DNA of 64,000 nt from Octopus sinensis (lineage: Eukaryota). The notes under the pieces were generated by a model, which saw nothing but the letters and a program-made list of their open reading frames with translations, was not told where the DNA came from and made no database searches. The stretch spans positions 44,640,001 through 44,704,000 of the forward strand of contig NC_043010.1 in NCBI RefSeq assembly GCF_006345805.1, in the 5' to 3' direction. A program made the position numbers and the translations under genes. This document shows, one piece after another, positions 24,601-36,699 of this stretch. How positions within the stretch are numbered: position 1 is the stretch's first letter; each line of letters begins with the position of its first letter.

Positions 24601-27600
24601 TACTCTGAGAGTGTAGTGGGTGCTTTTTATGTGCAACCGATGCGGGCCAGAGGAGCTGGCATTGGCCATGTTTGGATGGTGCTTTTTACATGCTACCAGC
24701 ATGGGGCTCACAACTACAATTTCCATTTGATTTGATTTTGATATTGCTGATGTTGATGTGCTTGATTCAATAGGTTTCCTCTAGCATGGCATGTTGCCCT
24801 ATGATCCAAGGTACTTTTGAGTGGGCTGGTTATGCGACACTGGTGTAGGTTACAGCTGTGGACTCTCTTATTTGCCAGGTCTTCTCAGTCACAGCATACC
24901 TCCAGAGGTTTTGGTCTTTTGTCATTACCTCTGTGAGGCCCACCTCATCCCATGTCTTCCTCTACCCCAGATCCCTTCCACTGTTTGGGAGTGGCACTTC
25001 TTCACATAGCTCTCCTCGTCCATCCGCTGTATAGTACCAATGCAAACGTCTCTCTTGCACGCAACATCTGATGCTTCTTATGTCTAACATTTCTCTCAGG
25101 GCACTTACACTCTGTTGTGTGTGCACACTGACATTACACATCCAGCGGATCATACTAGCTTAATTTCTTTTGAGCCTATGCATGTCTTCAGCAGTCACAG
25201 CCATGTTTCACTGCTGTGAAGCATAGCAGTTCGCACTCATACATCATACGATCTACCTTTCACTCGGAGCGAGAGGCCCTTTGTCACCAGTAGGGGTAGA
25301 AGCTTTCTGAACTTTGCGCAGGCTATTCTTATTCTAGTGGCAACACTGTCTGAGCATCCACCCCCACTACAGACTTGGTCACCTAGGTAGCAGAAGCTAT
25401 CAACTACTTCTAGTTTCTCCTCCTGACATGTGATGGAGTCTGTTTTCTGAGCATCTGTGGTGTTTATTGCCCCTGTTCATCTGCTGCACGTGAAAGCTAT
25501 CTTTCCAGTTAATCTTCCTTTGATGTTGCTGCACCTCTTATGTGTCCATAGCTTATACTGGGTACATCTTAAGGATTTTCTACCTATGCCTTTTCTACAG
25601 ATCGAGCAGGGCTACCTACTTGAAGGGGTGCGTGATGTGTTTGCCTTCCTACTTACTAGGACTTTGGTTTTTGCAACATTGATTCTAAGGCCCTTTGATT
25701 CTAAACCTTGCTTCCAAACTTGAAGGAAGCAAATTCATGGATTATACATAGTAACCCATGAATTATTATGGGGGAATTAGAAGGCCAGAAATTAGGACTA
25801 GTGAAGTCACAGAAATTTGCTGACAACCATTTGTGACCCTTTGTGGAGGTATGGCAAGGAGCCAAATCCTGCTGTCACACATATATGGCTTTACGGCAGC
25901 AACCTTCTCCAGCAGCTCCACACTCTTTTCATCTGAGAAACAGGGTATGCCCCAGTTTGTTCAGGAGCTTTTTCACTTTGATCAAATGGTTCTCCTTGGC
26001 TGTCAGAATTCATCCCTTGTGCCTCTTGTACAAGTGGTAGTGAACATCCCCATTCAGGGCAAGCTTCATAGAAGTGACACCAAAATCCATCTCTCTTGCC
26101 GAAATCAATACACTCTTGCTCAGATCTTCCACCACTTTATCCTGTAGTTGTTGGATGAATTCTAGTGTGTGGACACAGTCAGAATACCTGCTGTGTCCTT
26201 TCTCACTGGCTATAGCTTTGTAGTCTCTGTTGCAGCTCTCCATGTCATGTCTTATGGCCTTTATATGTTCATATAGCATTGAGCAGCACTCATGATGTTG
26301 GCATTTTGATACCCAGCACAGACCATCAGGATACAGGTAACTTTTTCCCAACATGTAGGTGGCTTCTAGTCCTCCATCTCAGCTAACTTTTTTTTGATTA
26401 CAACTGTAATCTTTATGCTTTGCAATGCCATTGATTTTTCACCAATACATCAAGATGTTTCTGAAAAATGGAGACAATAAAAATCATCAACATTAGCCCA
26501 AACACCTTGTAATTCTTTGGTTGTTGTTTGATTGAATCCAGTGTGTCTACTTTATGGTAAATATGTTTGTACTTGAAAAGTTTTTAAACAATTAAAAAAA
26601 GATATCTTGTAAATATTTTGATGGTTTAGAACACTAATTTTGATGTTTGCTATCTGAGTGGTGTTGTGTAGAAAATTTGCTAAAATATTGAAATGAATTT
26701 TACATGTAGTTTCTGAACTTCTCTTTCCAGACTCATTCAAACGATGTGTATCCTTACGGCCTTTTGTTGTTATTTATTGTAAGTTCAGTTTTTCTCTTTT
26801 CTTTTTATTTTTCCAAAACGTTTTTAATTCCTTCTTTTTAGTTTGGTAGTGGTGATGAAAAGTAAATATGTTGCTATTTGAGTTAAATTCCTAATCTAGT
26901 TGCAATTTCCAGTTGGATCTGTATCACTTTTGCCTGCCTACCTTTCTTCTGTCTACTTTCTTATCTTTTTACCTTTCTCTTCCTACTCCTCTATAGATAT
27001 TTCTCTGATTATATCATTTATTTTCTTTTCTTACTAGTTTCAGCTATGATCACGTTTAGTAGCATATATTTTCAAAATGATTCATAATCAAGATTTTCTT
27101 GCAGCAAGCAGTCAAAAGATGAACTGTCAGAAAGCAATAGTTTGGGTCATATAAAACTGTATACGTCATTTGTTCAAATGCAGTGCACAACTAAATTTTA
27201 AAATTTATATATTCCAAGTAATTTTTCTTTGTTTCTAAAGTGCTGTTTTATTTTTCTACAGTTGGTTATGTGCTTATTTGAGTCAGTTAAACCCTCTCTT
27301 TGGTCCCCAACTTGACAGTGAGGTCATCAGATATCTTCAAATTGCATGGAATAATGTAAGTATTTTCTGAAATATTTAGGATACATTTTTGTTTATTGAA
27401 GTTATTTTACTTTCATACTATGTGTAGAATTTGTTAAATGTTTGTCAAACTGAATGCAAATATGGTTAGAAGTTTGTTTCCTAATCACATGGTTCCAGGT
27501 TCAGTCCCACTGCTTGGTTCCTTGAGCAAGTGTCTTCTACTATAGCATTGGGCCAACAAAAGCCATGTGAATGGGTTTGGTTGATGGAAACTGAAAAGAA

Positions 27601-29081
27601 ACTCTCATATCATCAACATACACATCTCATTTAGCCTACAAAAAATGTGTTCTGGAGAAGCTTACATTTCCATATATTGATATAACCGAAATCAAATGTG
27701 TAACAGTTGAAATGTTTACCAAATAAATAATGCTCTTCATAGTAAAAGTAATGTATAGTTTGAAAAAAATGAAAACTAAAGTGATCTATTTTCAGTAGGA
27801 TAAGATCTTTACTGCAGATGAAGTGTGATCATTTAATTTGAACTGAAGGTTATCTTGCTTTTTTTTTTTTACTGATCTTATTTGATCATATCAATCTCTG
27901 TACTAATTTCAACCTGATAATTATTTCATTTATTGAATTGCTAAAATTTCAAAATCTTCACTTAGTCATAATAAGCAAGTTATTTACAAACATATAGTGG
28001 TTTTTAACTTTGATTTCTTAGAAACCATTTTGTGATCTCTACAAAAAATGTTCAAGCTTCAATCTTTTCATTGACTTTTGGTGAAAAAAGTGAAAGGCTG
28101 ATGACTAAACATCCTGGAGTTTGTTTTTCAAATGTTGAAAATCTGTTCACGAGACAATTGAAACTTTGAAATAATCTTTTGGCAAATCTGATTTCGATGC
28201 AGAATAGAAGATTTTTTTTTTTCATGATCTACCTGAGCTTTATGTTGTATATTATATTTGTCAACTACAGTCTTTTCTTGGGGGACAGGTGTGTTTTTAT
28301 TGTGGCTTCTATCATCTATTTTATCTCATAAACGCATAGTTTTGTGTATACTGTATGTATACTGTATACTCTAAATAACATTCTACCTGTGATTCTTTTA
28401 TTGATAAATTTTAATTGAAGTGTCATGACTTTATAAGTTTTTTAAGACATATTTGCTCAACAGGAACTGAAGGTTTTTGTTGTCAGTAACCCTTGTATGA
28501 GACAGTTGATGGCAGTACATTTAGTAGATCTGTTTTATTATGCAGCACTGGATTCAAGGCTGGATACTTGACTTTCGATTTATTTCTCTTTGTAAAAACC
28601 TATCTTCATGTAGAAGCAATAATTGTAGTGATTCATGGGAACAATGAATGTCTTTTTCCATTCAGCCAAGTTGTTAACATTATTTTATAGTATGTACACT
28701 TGGTGTGTAGTGCCCAACTCTTCTCTTGGTCTTCTACTTTACAGCCAAAGCAGTGTGTGTGTGTGTGTGTGTGTGTGTGGACAAATTCCATTTTCATGGC
28801 AATATCTCGGGCATGGCTGTGTGGTTAGGGAGCTTGCTTCCTAGCTATATGGTTACGGGTTCAGTCCCACTGCGTGGCACTTTGGGTAGGTGTCTTTCAC
28901 TATAGCCCCGAGCTGACCGGAGCTTTGTGATTGAATTCGGTAGGTGGAAGTTACTGCCGTGTGTGTATATGTGCGTGTAGGTGCTTGTGCCTCTCCCAAA
29001 GAGAGAGAGGGTTTCTTTGCTGTTGTGGTGTATACTTTTTACATACATTTAATTTTATTAGATTTTCTTTTACAGAAATAA
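18550..29081 (+). CDS. ATP6V0E: V-type proton ATPase V0 subunit e, 4 coding exons, 84 aa
   Basis: Exons 18550-18656, 26731-26778, 27262-27355 and 29076-29081 have GT-AG introns (255 nt total). Spliced protein: [84 protein letters not shown]. It shows the hallmark PNxG, CCYLFWL and [10 protein letters not shown] motifs and two hydrophobic segments. Confidence 0.95.
18688..18745 (+). repeat. Perfect 29-bp tandem duplication at the start of ATP6V0E intron 1
   Basis: ATTTTGCGTGTTAAATACCATCTGCAGTA occurs twice in tandem. Confidence 0.9.
20480..21300 (+). mobile_element. RTE LINE fragment with internal deletions (ATP6V0E intron 1)
   Basis: [37 protein letters not shown] and GLRVNLAKT. Confidence 0.85.
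22865..22902. repeat. Perfect 18-bp-arm palindrome with a 2-nt spacer
   Basis: CAGGCATTTGTTGAGATT-TT-AATCTCAACAAATGCCTG. Confidence 0.9.
24455..25722 (-). mobile_element. 5'-truncated RTE LINE with 3' UTR and (TGA)n tail
   Basis: Minus-strand peptides [19 protein letters not shown] and MIRWMCNVS...QERRLHWY, followed by the GTTTTAGGAAGGGCATCCAGCTGTAGAAAC 3' UTR module. Confidence 0.88.
25830..26390 (-). mobile_element. Older RTE-like LINE fragment
   Basis: Degenerate similarity to the pre-RT region at 20480-20640. Confidence 0.35.
26731..26778 (+). CDS. ATP6V0E: ATP6V0E exon 2 ([16 protein letters not shown])
   Basis: TTCTCTTTCCAG acceptor and GTAAGT donor; 48 nt. Confidence 0.95.
27262..27355 (+). 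CDS. ATP6V0E: ATP6V0E exon 3 ([31 protein letters not shown])
   Basis: TTTTTCTACAG acceptor and GTAAGT donor; 94 nt. Confidence 0.95.
27462..27605 (+). mobile_element. SINE head fragment
   Basis: GGTTCAGTCCCACTGC...GGAAACTGAAA. Confidence 0.7.
28809..28960 (+). mobile_element. SINE head fragment upstream of the last ATP6V0E exon
   Basis: TGGCTGTGTGGTTAGG...GGTTCAGTCCCACTGCGTGGCAC. Confidence 0.75.
29076..29081 (+). CDS. ATP6V0E: ATP6V0E terminal exon coding part (K-stop), followed by an AU-rich 3' UTR
   Basis: Strong acceptor ATTTTCTTTTACAG then AAA TAA. A downstream AATAAA near 29895 is followed by T-rich sequence. Confidence 0.65.
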   Translation, partial: K

Positions 29082-30289
29082 ACAACATGCTGATTGATGC
29101 AGAAAACTACTCAAAGAAATGAAAGACTGTAATTTCAACAGTAGAACATAAAAGGTTGATGGAAAATGAAATGTATATGGAATGTTCAGAGAACAAAAAA
29201 TATAAAAAAGGAAAATTAATCTTTGAAAGTTATAGTACATGATTTTGTATCTAGACCTGTATTAAATAATGGTGATTGAGTTCATTTTTTTTTTATTACA
29301 TTACAGTCCTCTTCAACTTTTATATAATTAAATTTTGAGGATGAATATAAGCCTGCATGAAAAATTCATTGTATGTATCCACATACAAATGCCATGAAAG
29401 GGTGGAAAATGTCATCATTTTACTCTATCATAATCTTTGTATTTGGATTCAAAGTTAAAAAAAGATATAAAAAAAATCTTTTCTTTTAAGTTTTAGTTTT
29501 GTCCTTATATTTTTTAAAATTTCTTCAGACTGTTCCCCTATATTGTTTAATGTTAAAAAAAAAAATGACAAATATTACAAGTATAAAATTAATTTCTTTC
29601 TGAAAGTGGTTTTTCTTCTTTTGTCTGTTGAATCCAAATAGTCTTCATTATTCAAGTAATCTGCAGCAATTTAGAAAGTCTTCTTGAAATAGTTATTCTG
29701 CAACTTACTAACATTTTTAGTAATTATCCAAGCATTGATTTTACTTTCCTTTATTGTGATGTAAACATACATTAGTCAGTTGTTTTGGTAAAAATTGCTG
29801 GAACCAGAACTCTTTAATTGTTACTATATTCTATTTCAAATTAATTATTTTGTTTTTGATGGAATATTTATTTTTATTTCTGTACAAATTGGTTAATAAA
29901 TCACTAAACAGTGTCAAAATTTCTGTTTTTCTTTTATAATCTGCCTTACAAAATGTACAATACCTTACTATTGGTTGAAATATATAAGATTCTGGATTTT
30001 TCCCTCATCGGGTTTGAAGTGCTTTATTTGTGTGTGTTCTTTTTTAAAAATTTCTACTGTGAAATAGCAAATTATTGAAGAAATGGAATACAATATTTAG
30101 TTTCCCTCATTGAGTTTGAAGTGTTTGGTGTGCATTCTTTGCTCAAAATTTCTACTGCAAAATAGCAAATTAATGAAGAAATTGAATACAACTTATACGA
30201 TGGCACAGAATTCTTTCCCTTCATCGGAAGGGAGGTATATGAGGTCCTATCACATGTTTAGAATGAGGCGTTCTTTCTGGATGCACAAG

Positions 30290-30682
30290 AAATGATCTTG
30301 CGTGTATCTGGAATAAATGTGGCAAGACAGAGGACCAGATCACTCACACTGCACATTTCATAGATGTACTGAAGATGAATGGATACCCAACATCTACAAT
30401 GAATCGACTTAAGAATTGAAGGCACCATGGGCATAAGACCTCCTCTAACACCTGCTTCATGAAATTACCACATTTCAGCGAAAGCATAACCACAGCTATC
30501 TGCAAAGGACTGGACATACAGTTAGCACACTCCGGCCCTTCTCTGTGTGGATACCTGTCTAAAAGGCAATCTAGAGACAACAATCGATGCTTGTTGACTA
30601 ACTGTTCTATCCACAATACAGGTATGTGCCAATGGACATATATGGGATACCAGATTGAATGCAACAAGTGTAAGGAGTTCTA
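30290..30682 (+). mobile_element. Penelope-like element fragment (RT thumb to start of GIY-YIG)
   Basis: LKMNGYP, KLPHFSE and C...C...C...GYQIECNKCKEFYI; truncated by an RTE tail. Confidence 0.7.
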
Positions 30683-30938
30683 CATCATCATCATCATCAT
30701 CATCATTTAACGTCCGTTTTCCATGCTAGCATGGGTTGGACGGTTCAACTGGGGTCTGGGAAGCCAGAAGGCTGCACCAGGCCCAGTCTGATCTGGCAGT
30801 GTTTCTACAGCTGGATGCCCTCCCTAACGCCAACCACTCCGAGAGTGTAGTGGGTGCTTTTTACGTGCCACCGGCTCGGGGACCAGACGAAGCTGGCAAC
30901 GGCCACGGTCGGATGGTGCCTTTTACGTGCCACCGGCA
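30682..30938 (-). mobile_element. RTE LINE 3' UTR copy
   Basis: (CAT)n plus the same module as 6168-6480. Confidence 0.8.
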
Positions 30939-30939
30939 G

Positions 30940-31037
30940 AAAATTTTGAAGCTATGAGATAATGTATGATTAATTCAAAACAATGTGAATAAATAAGCAT
31001 TGCATTTCACAGAGCAATATGGATGCTAAAGGGTTAA
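30940..31037 (+). mobile_element. piggyBac-type MITE terminus
   Basis: Ends GCTAAAGGG|TTAA. Confidence 0.5.
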
Positions 31038-31339
31038 GTCTGCAATTCAATGGGTCCTCCTTTTCTGAATTAGCAAGCTGCATACCACCTCCATCAAATT
31101 TATCAATCACTTTTGTTAGTCATACTGTCTCACCTTCCATATTCTTCACCAGTCATTTTTTTTATACCTTTTCATTTCAATTATTGCAATTCTTTGGCAC
31201 TACTTTCTTCATAACCCTTTCTATTGTATTACTCTTTAAATCTTACACTAAACATTGCCATCCTCTTCTCTACAGAACTATCTGGAATTTTCTCCCCATC
31301 CATGTTTTTCTTAAGAAGCTTAAACAATATGTCAAGTTC

Positions 31340-31680
31340 ATTGATGTGGGACAAGGTGGTGAATTGCGATCTTCAGATGTTGCATCATATGGAGGCGATG
31401 ATAACTGACCAAGATCTTTGGCAAATTGTTGTGCTTGGGAAGACATGTGAAATTGTTGTTGTGGCCAGTGCCAGTGATGCATGAATGGCACTTGTGCTGG
31501 TGACAAATAAACAGTATCCAGTACACTCAGTGGAATGATTGATGTTAGGGAGGGCATCCAACTGTAAAAACCAACCCAAAGCAGATTGGAACCTGGTGCA
31601 GCTCTCCAGCTTACTGTCTCCAATCAAACTGTCTAACCTGTGTGAACATGGAAAATGGATGCTAAATGATGATGATTTTA
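31340..31680 (+). mobile_element. Older RTE LINE 3' end
   Basis: GTTAGGGAGGGCATCCAACTGTAAAA module and a (TGA)n tail. Confidence 0.7.
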
Positions 31681-31802
31681 AAAAAACCAACAAAATCCTC
31701 ATTTTCTTCCATTTTCAAGAGTTCATACTTTTCTTAGCATTAAAATTTTTTTTTTTTTTAATATTTGTTTCCACTAAAATTTAAGCAAATTATATGAAAT
31801 TT

Positions 31803-32110
31803 CATCATCATCATCATCTTTTAACGTCTGTTGTCCATGCTGGCATGAGTTGGACAGTTTGACTGGGCTGGCATGCTGGAAGGCTGTGCCAGGCTCCAGT
31901 CTGACTTGGCATGATTTTCTATGGCTGGATGCCCTTCCTAACGCCAACTACTCCAAGAGTGTAATGTGTGCTTTTCCGTGACACCGGTATCTGCCATGAT
32001 TGCAATTTTGCTTGGCTTGATGAGTCTTCTCAAGCACAACATAATGCCAAAGGTCTTGGTCATTGCCTCCATGAGGCCCAACACTTGAAAGGAACTCAAC
32101 CACATTGCCA
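31803..32110 (-). mobile_element. RTE LINE 3' end
   Basis: (CAT)n followed by the GGATGCCCTTCCTAACGCCAAC module. Confidence 0.75.
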
Positions 32111-32814
32111 ATGGTCTTGGTCACTAAAATTCAATACTCAAACTCTAAGTGGATTGGAGCAAGAAAAAAACTATTCTTTTTTTCAAAATAACTTTTTAGG
32201 AATGTTGTAAGGCAATAAAACCTTCCTTTTTCTAATGGGATTTTATCAAAAGTAGAACTAGAGATGGATTGATTACTAACTATGTAAGTGGTTATTATTG
32301 TTTAATCCTTATCAGCTCTGACTGAACAGATGTATGATCTAAGTTCCAAATGTAAACAATCTCACCTGTATCTAGGATTACATCAAGCAGTCAGATGTTA
32401 TTTGAATGAAGTTTCATTGCTATTTCTAGCTGTTCGAATGACCACATAGAGGCTAGCCCATTTGTTCAAAGTAACAATAGTTCAAAAGGTTGGTATTTAT
32501 TTGTGGGATTGTGAAATGGACCAAGGTCTTTCAGTTTTCAGTACCATGTCACCATGTAAATATAGTTTCTATAGTTTTGTCTTCTTGTTGTTCCCTTAAG
32601 ATAACCTTAGTTCACACATTTCCTTAACTGCAACATATTCATTCATTCATCTATTAAAGTTTATCACACAGTCACTTATTTCTTTAATTTTGTCTTAGAT
32701 TGGCTCTCAGATTTTTCAATTCTATTTTACTATTATCGACATTTGCTATCTCGTTAAATTATGCTACACAAATCCCAAAAGAATATTTTTCTCCTTCGTG
32801 TTCTGACCACTACC

Positions 32815-32975
32815 CCCTCTCTCTGTGCCTCACTCTATCTTTCTCTCGTCCTCACTGTGCCTCTCTTTCGGCCTCACTCTCTCTCTCTCTCTCTCTCTCC
32901 CTCACTCTCTCTCTCGGCTTCACTCTGTCTCTCTCTCTCTCTCGGCCTCACTCTGTTTGTCTCTGTCTCTCTTTC
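32815..32975. repeat. Interrupted (CT)n microsatellite
   Basis: Seen directly. Confidence 0.85.
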
Positions 32976-33829
32976 GATTACCACCACCACCACCCTATAT
33001 AAACTAGCGCACGCACTCGGATTCTCTCACTCGATTTTTTTTTACCTCCGCCGAAGGAATACGTATCCAGAAGATGCTCTCGTCTAAATTTGCTAGTTCA
33101 CGGTACGCCCGCACAACCCGCTCCATCTGTCGCGGAAGTTCCTATCCTTTGTCATCGTTTGGTTGTCTCCCATGAACACTTCTAAAGGCTTTTCGCCATC
33201 CTCACCCCTACTTACAAATTTGCGGTTCTTCTCTTCTGTTCATTCGTGTGTATAAGTTTGTACTGCTTTTCTGTTTTGAGGTAAAGCGAACACACGAACA
33301 TAGAAAGATACAAGGCGCAGCACAGAGAAGCAACTGGCTAATGGGAATATCTACAACATTCAACAAGTGGAAGATAAGGTGTGAAGTCGTCCACCTATGT
33401 AGTTCATTCTTTTAGGAATTGTAACGATGGCGAAACTTTTGTATTCAAATTCGGGCTGCGAAGTTGATGGCTGGCTTGCTTGAAATATGTCCTCTCGTTG
33501 ATGCATTTAGAAACTAAGTTCTTCTCGTAGCTGCATTTCGAAACAAAGTTCATCGTTCGAGTGAGCCATTTTAACAACGATAGAAACTTTCGGCTGCTGA
33601 AAATCCTTTTAGAGTGGGGTCACCATTTAAAAATGGAAGGAAGGTTTTTATGATACTTTTGGGGTAACTTCTTCCATTATGATTATCCTGTTGATTCAAG
33701 GAGCTGGAAATACGACGAATAAAGTTCTCAGGCGGAGTAAATTCAAAAACCATTTATTTACAGGTGTTTCGTACCAGTGGTTTGCTTTCAGTAACCATCT
33801 TCACAGCAGTGCGTAGTTAACCTTCTCTC

Positions 33830-35675
33830 CCATACAGACTCTATTTCGGAATACCCATGGGTGACCAGGACAAACCATGGGCCCCCACATGTGATATGTG
33901 GAAGCTGTTGATCTACTCTAGAAGGATGGTTAAGAGATACAGGAAGGTCACTGCCTTTTGCTATTCCAAGGGTATGGAGAGAGCCAAAGAACCACCACGA
34001 TGACTGTTACTTTTGTATGTTCGATGTGACAAAGTACAGAAAAGTGAAAGGAAGACAAGCTCCTCAGTATCCAGACATACCATTATCTAGAGCACTTGTC
34101 CCACATGATGACAGTTTATGAATACCACTACCACCAGAAAATATTTCATCTGAAGAGTCAACAAATAACAGCAGCCGTGAAATGGAGGAAGCTTTCGTAC
34201 CAAGAACAACTTCGGAGCCTCACTTTCCAAATCAGAGTGAGCTAGATAATTTAATCAGGGATCTGGGTCTTACTAAGTCAGGAGCTGAACTTCTTTCATC
34301 AATGTTGAAGGAATAGAATCTACTGGGGGAAGACTGCAAGATATCTGTGTACCGGAAACTCCATGAAGAATTTAAAATTTACTATGAAAATATTAATGAT
34401 TTGTGTTATTGTAAAGATGTGATTGGTTTGCTTACTGCTATTGGACTCAAGCATAATTCTGCAGAATGGCGACGGTTCATAGATAGCTCAACACAAAGTC
34501 TCAAAGCAGTGTTCCTCCACAATAGAAATAAATAGCCTTCTTTGCCTCTTGCACACTCCATACAGAAGAAAGAAAATTACGATAATGTCAAAGAACTTCT
34601 CAACAAAATAAATTACGCTGAGTTCAAGTGGGATGTTTGTGGTGATTTCAAGATGCTTGCTTTCTTTCTTGGCTTGCAAAAGAGGATACACAAAGTATTC
34701 ATGTTTCCTTTGTTGATGGGACAGCAGAGCTGTTGATGATCATTACAAGAGAGTACATTGGCCCCCCACGAATGGAACTCCAACCAGGAATCTTAAATGT
34801 TCTCAAACAGCCTCTAGTAGATTCCAACAAAATCTTATTACCCCCACTTCATATCAAACTCAGATCGGTAGAACAGTTTGTGAAGGCCTTAGATTTTAGA
34901 GGAGAAGCTTTTCAAGAAATTTGTCTTATGTTTCCAAAGCTATCTGAGGCTAAGATCAAGGGTGGCATATTTGTTGGGCCCCCAAGTAAATGCAATGTTA
35001 AAGTCGAAGAAACTGGAAAGAGCTATGACAAAAGTCGAAAAAGAAGCTTGGTGTGCATTTCGTGATGTAGTTCATGGATTCCTAGGAAATCACAAGGATC
35101 CTAATTACAAACAGCTGGTAGCAAAGCTTATGTAAAACTTAAAGAAAATGGGTTGTCATATGTCCTTCAAGGTTCATTTTTTTTGGACTCTCACCCAGAT
35201 TTCACCTCCGATGTTAGTGAGGAGCATGGCGAGAGATTTCATCAGGACATCGCAACTATGGAAAGAAGATAACAAGGACGATGGGATACTGCGATGATGG
35301 GAGATTATATATGGTCTCTAGTCAGAAGAGATGAAGGTATGCACTCTAGAAAATCTCGATCGTGAAAGCACTTCTTATCTTAAGAAAAGAGTTATCAAGG
35401 CATTTACAGTGCAGAGTTTTATTGTTTCTTTTTGTTCCTAAATACCTTTCAATATATGAAAAAGTACTAAATGTTGTGTAATTATTCTTACAATACTAGA
35501 ATAGATTGAACCAACAAAGTGCTGTAGAGAAAAGTTACAAATATAACGAGCAAATATGAAATTAAAAATAAATAAATAACTATCGATATTACGTCAAAAC
35601 GAATATGATTTTTGAATTTAGTGGCAAAAAATTCATATATGAACATTAAAAATTACAAATAAATAAAACAAGTGT
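33830..35675 (+). mobile_element. Chapaev3-like (CMC) DNA transposase relic
   Basis: YFGIPMGDQDKPWAPH, WREPKNHHDDCYFC, FIDSS, VCGDFKM, LPPLHIKL, FPKLSEAKIKGGIFVGP and SEEHGERFHQDI, with multiple stops and frameshifts. The superfamily label is from recollection of these motifs. Confidence 0.7.
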
Positions 35676-35699
35676 AATTGATACATATGTGATGGTAAT

Positions 35700-36490
35700 A
35701 TAAACAAGTGTAGCAAGACTTACATCAAATTATGTTCTTGCGCTGGTAAATTCGCTGGGTAGATGTTAGATTATGGTAGATTGCTTAGTTTCGTTGGGTA
35801 ATTAGGGTGAGGTGAGTATTATTTAGGTGCAGGGTTTCTAGTTTAATTAATCACATTTTTTTCGCACGTGTGTATTCAATTTGTTTAAACTGCAACTGTT
35901 TACTACCAGCGGTGTAAGGGAAGTAACTCTAACAGGGTAAAGAGGGAGCTAACTCCTGCCAAATTTTTATGTGACTAGATGAGGTGGTTTAAAAACGTAC
36001 TATGCTAGTTTAGGAAGTTCTTAGTGCTAGAAGGGGCCCTATGTATGTGCAAGGTGTATTGTTTTATGGAATGTAGCGGGGTGGGGGTGCGAGTGGGTTA
36101 CCTAATCAAAACCTGAAACGCTGGGGAATTAACACAGCGAATTGAAATAATAAGTTTCCGCAAATGAAAACAATTTGCATTGAAATGCAGAATTAACAAA
36201 GGCTAAATAAGTTATCGTTAATAAGCTGTCCGTTTATACCCATCAAATATTTCTCGTCAAATAGATGTAACGATGGCTAGTGCGAAAAATGCCGATTTTA
36301 GGATTTTTAGATAAATCGATGCTTATAAAAAATCGATTTAAAAAAAATTCCAAGTGTGTAAGTGACCCCATGGGTATAAGTCCCCCCATCCCCCACAAGT
36401 GTCAAGTTTCATCAAGGTCTGTTGGATAGTCTCAGAGGAGTTGAAGTAACAAATACGTAAACACACGAACTTGCCATTTCTTATCATAGA
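35700..36490 (+). mobile_element. Possible non-autonomous Helitron-like element 3' part
   Basis: AAGTTTCATCAA...ATAGAT terminus of the kind seen in such elements; weak support. Confidence 0.3.
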
Positions 36491-36523
36491 TATGTATATA
36501 TACTTCTTTATATATACTTATAC

Positions 36524-36648
<125 letters not shown>

Positions 36649-36654
36649 CACATG

Positions 36655-36687
<33 letters not shown>

Positions 36688-36699
36688 GCATACTTATAT

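Noticed and set aside
33050-33830. CpG-rich segment with short minus-strand ORF 33571..33753
   Set aside because: No recognisable protein motif or splice structure, so no call can be supported.
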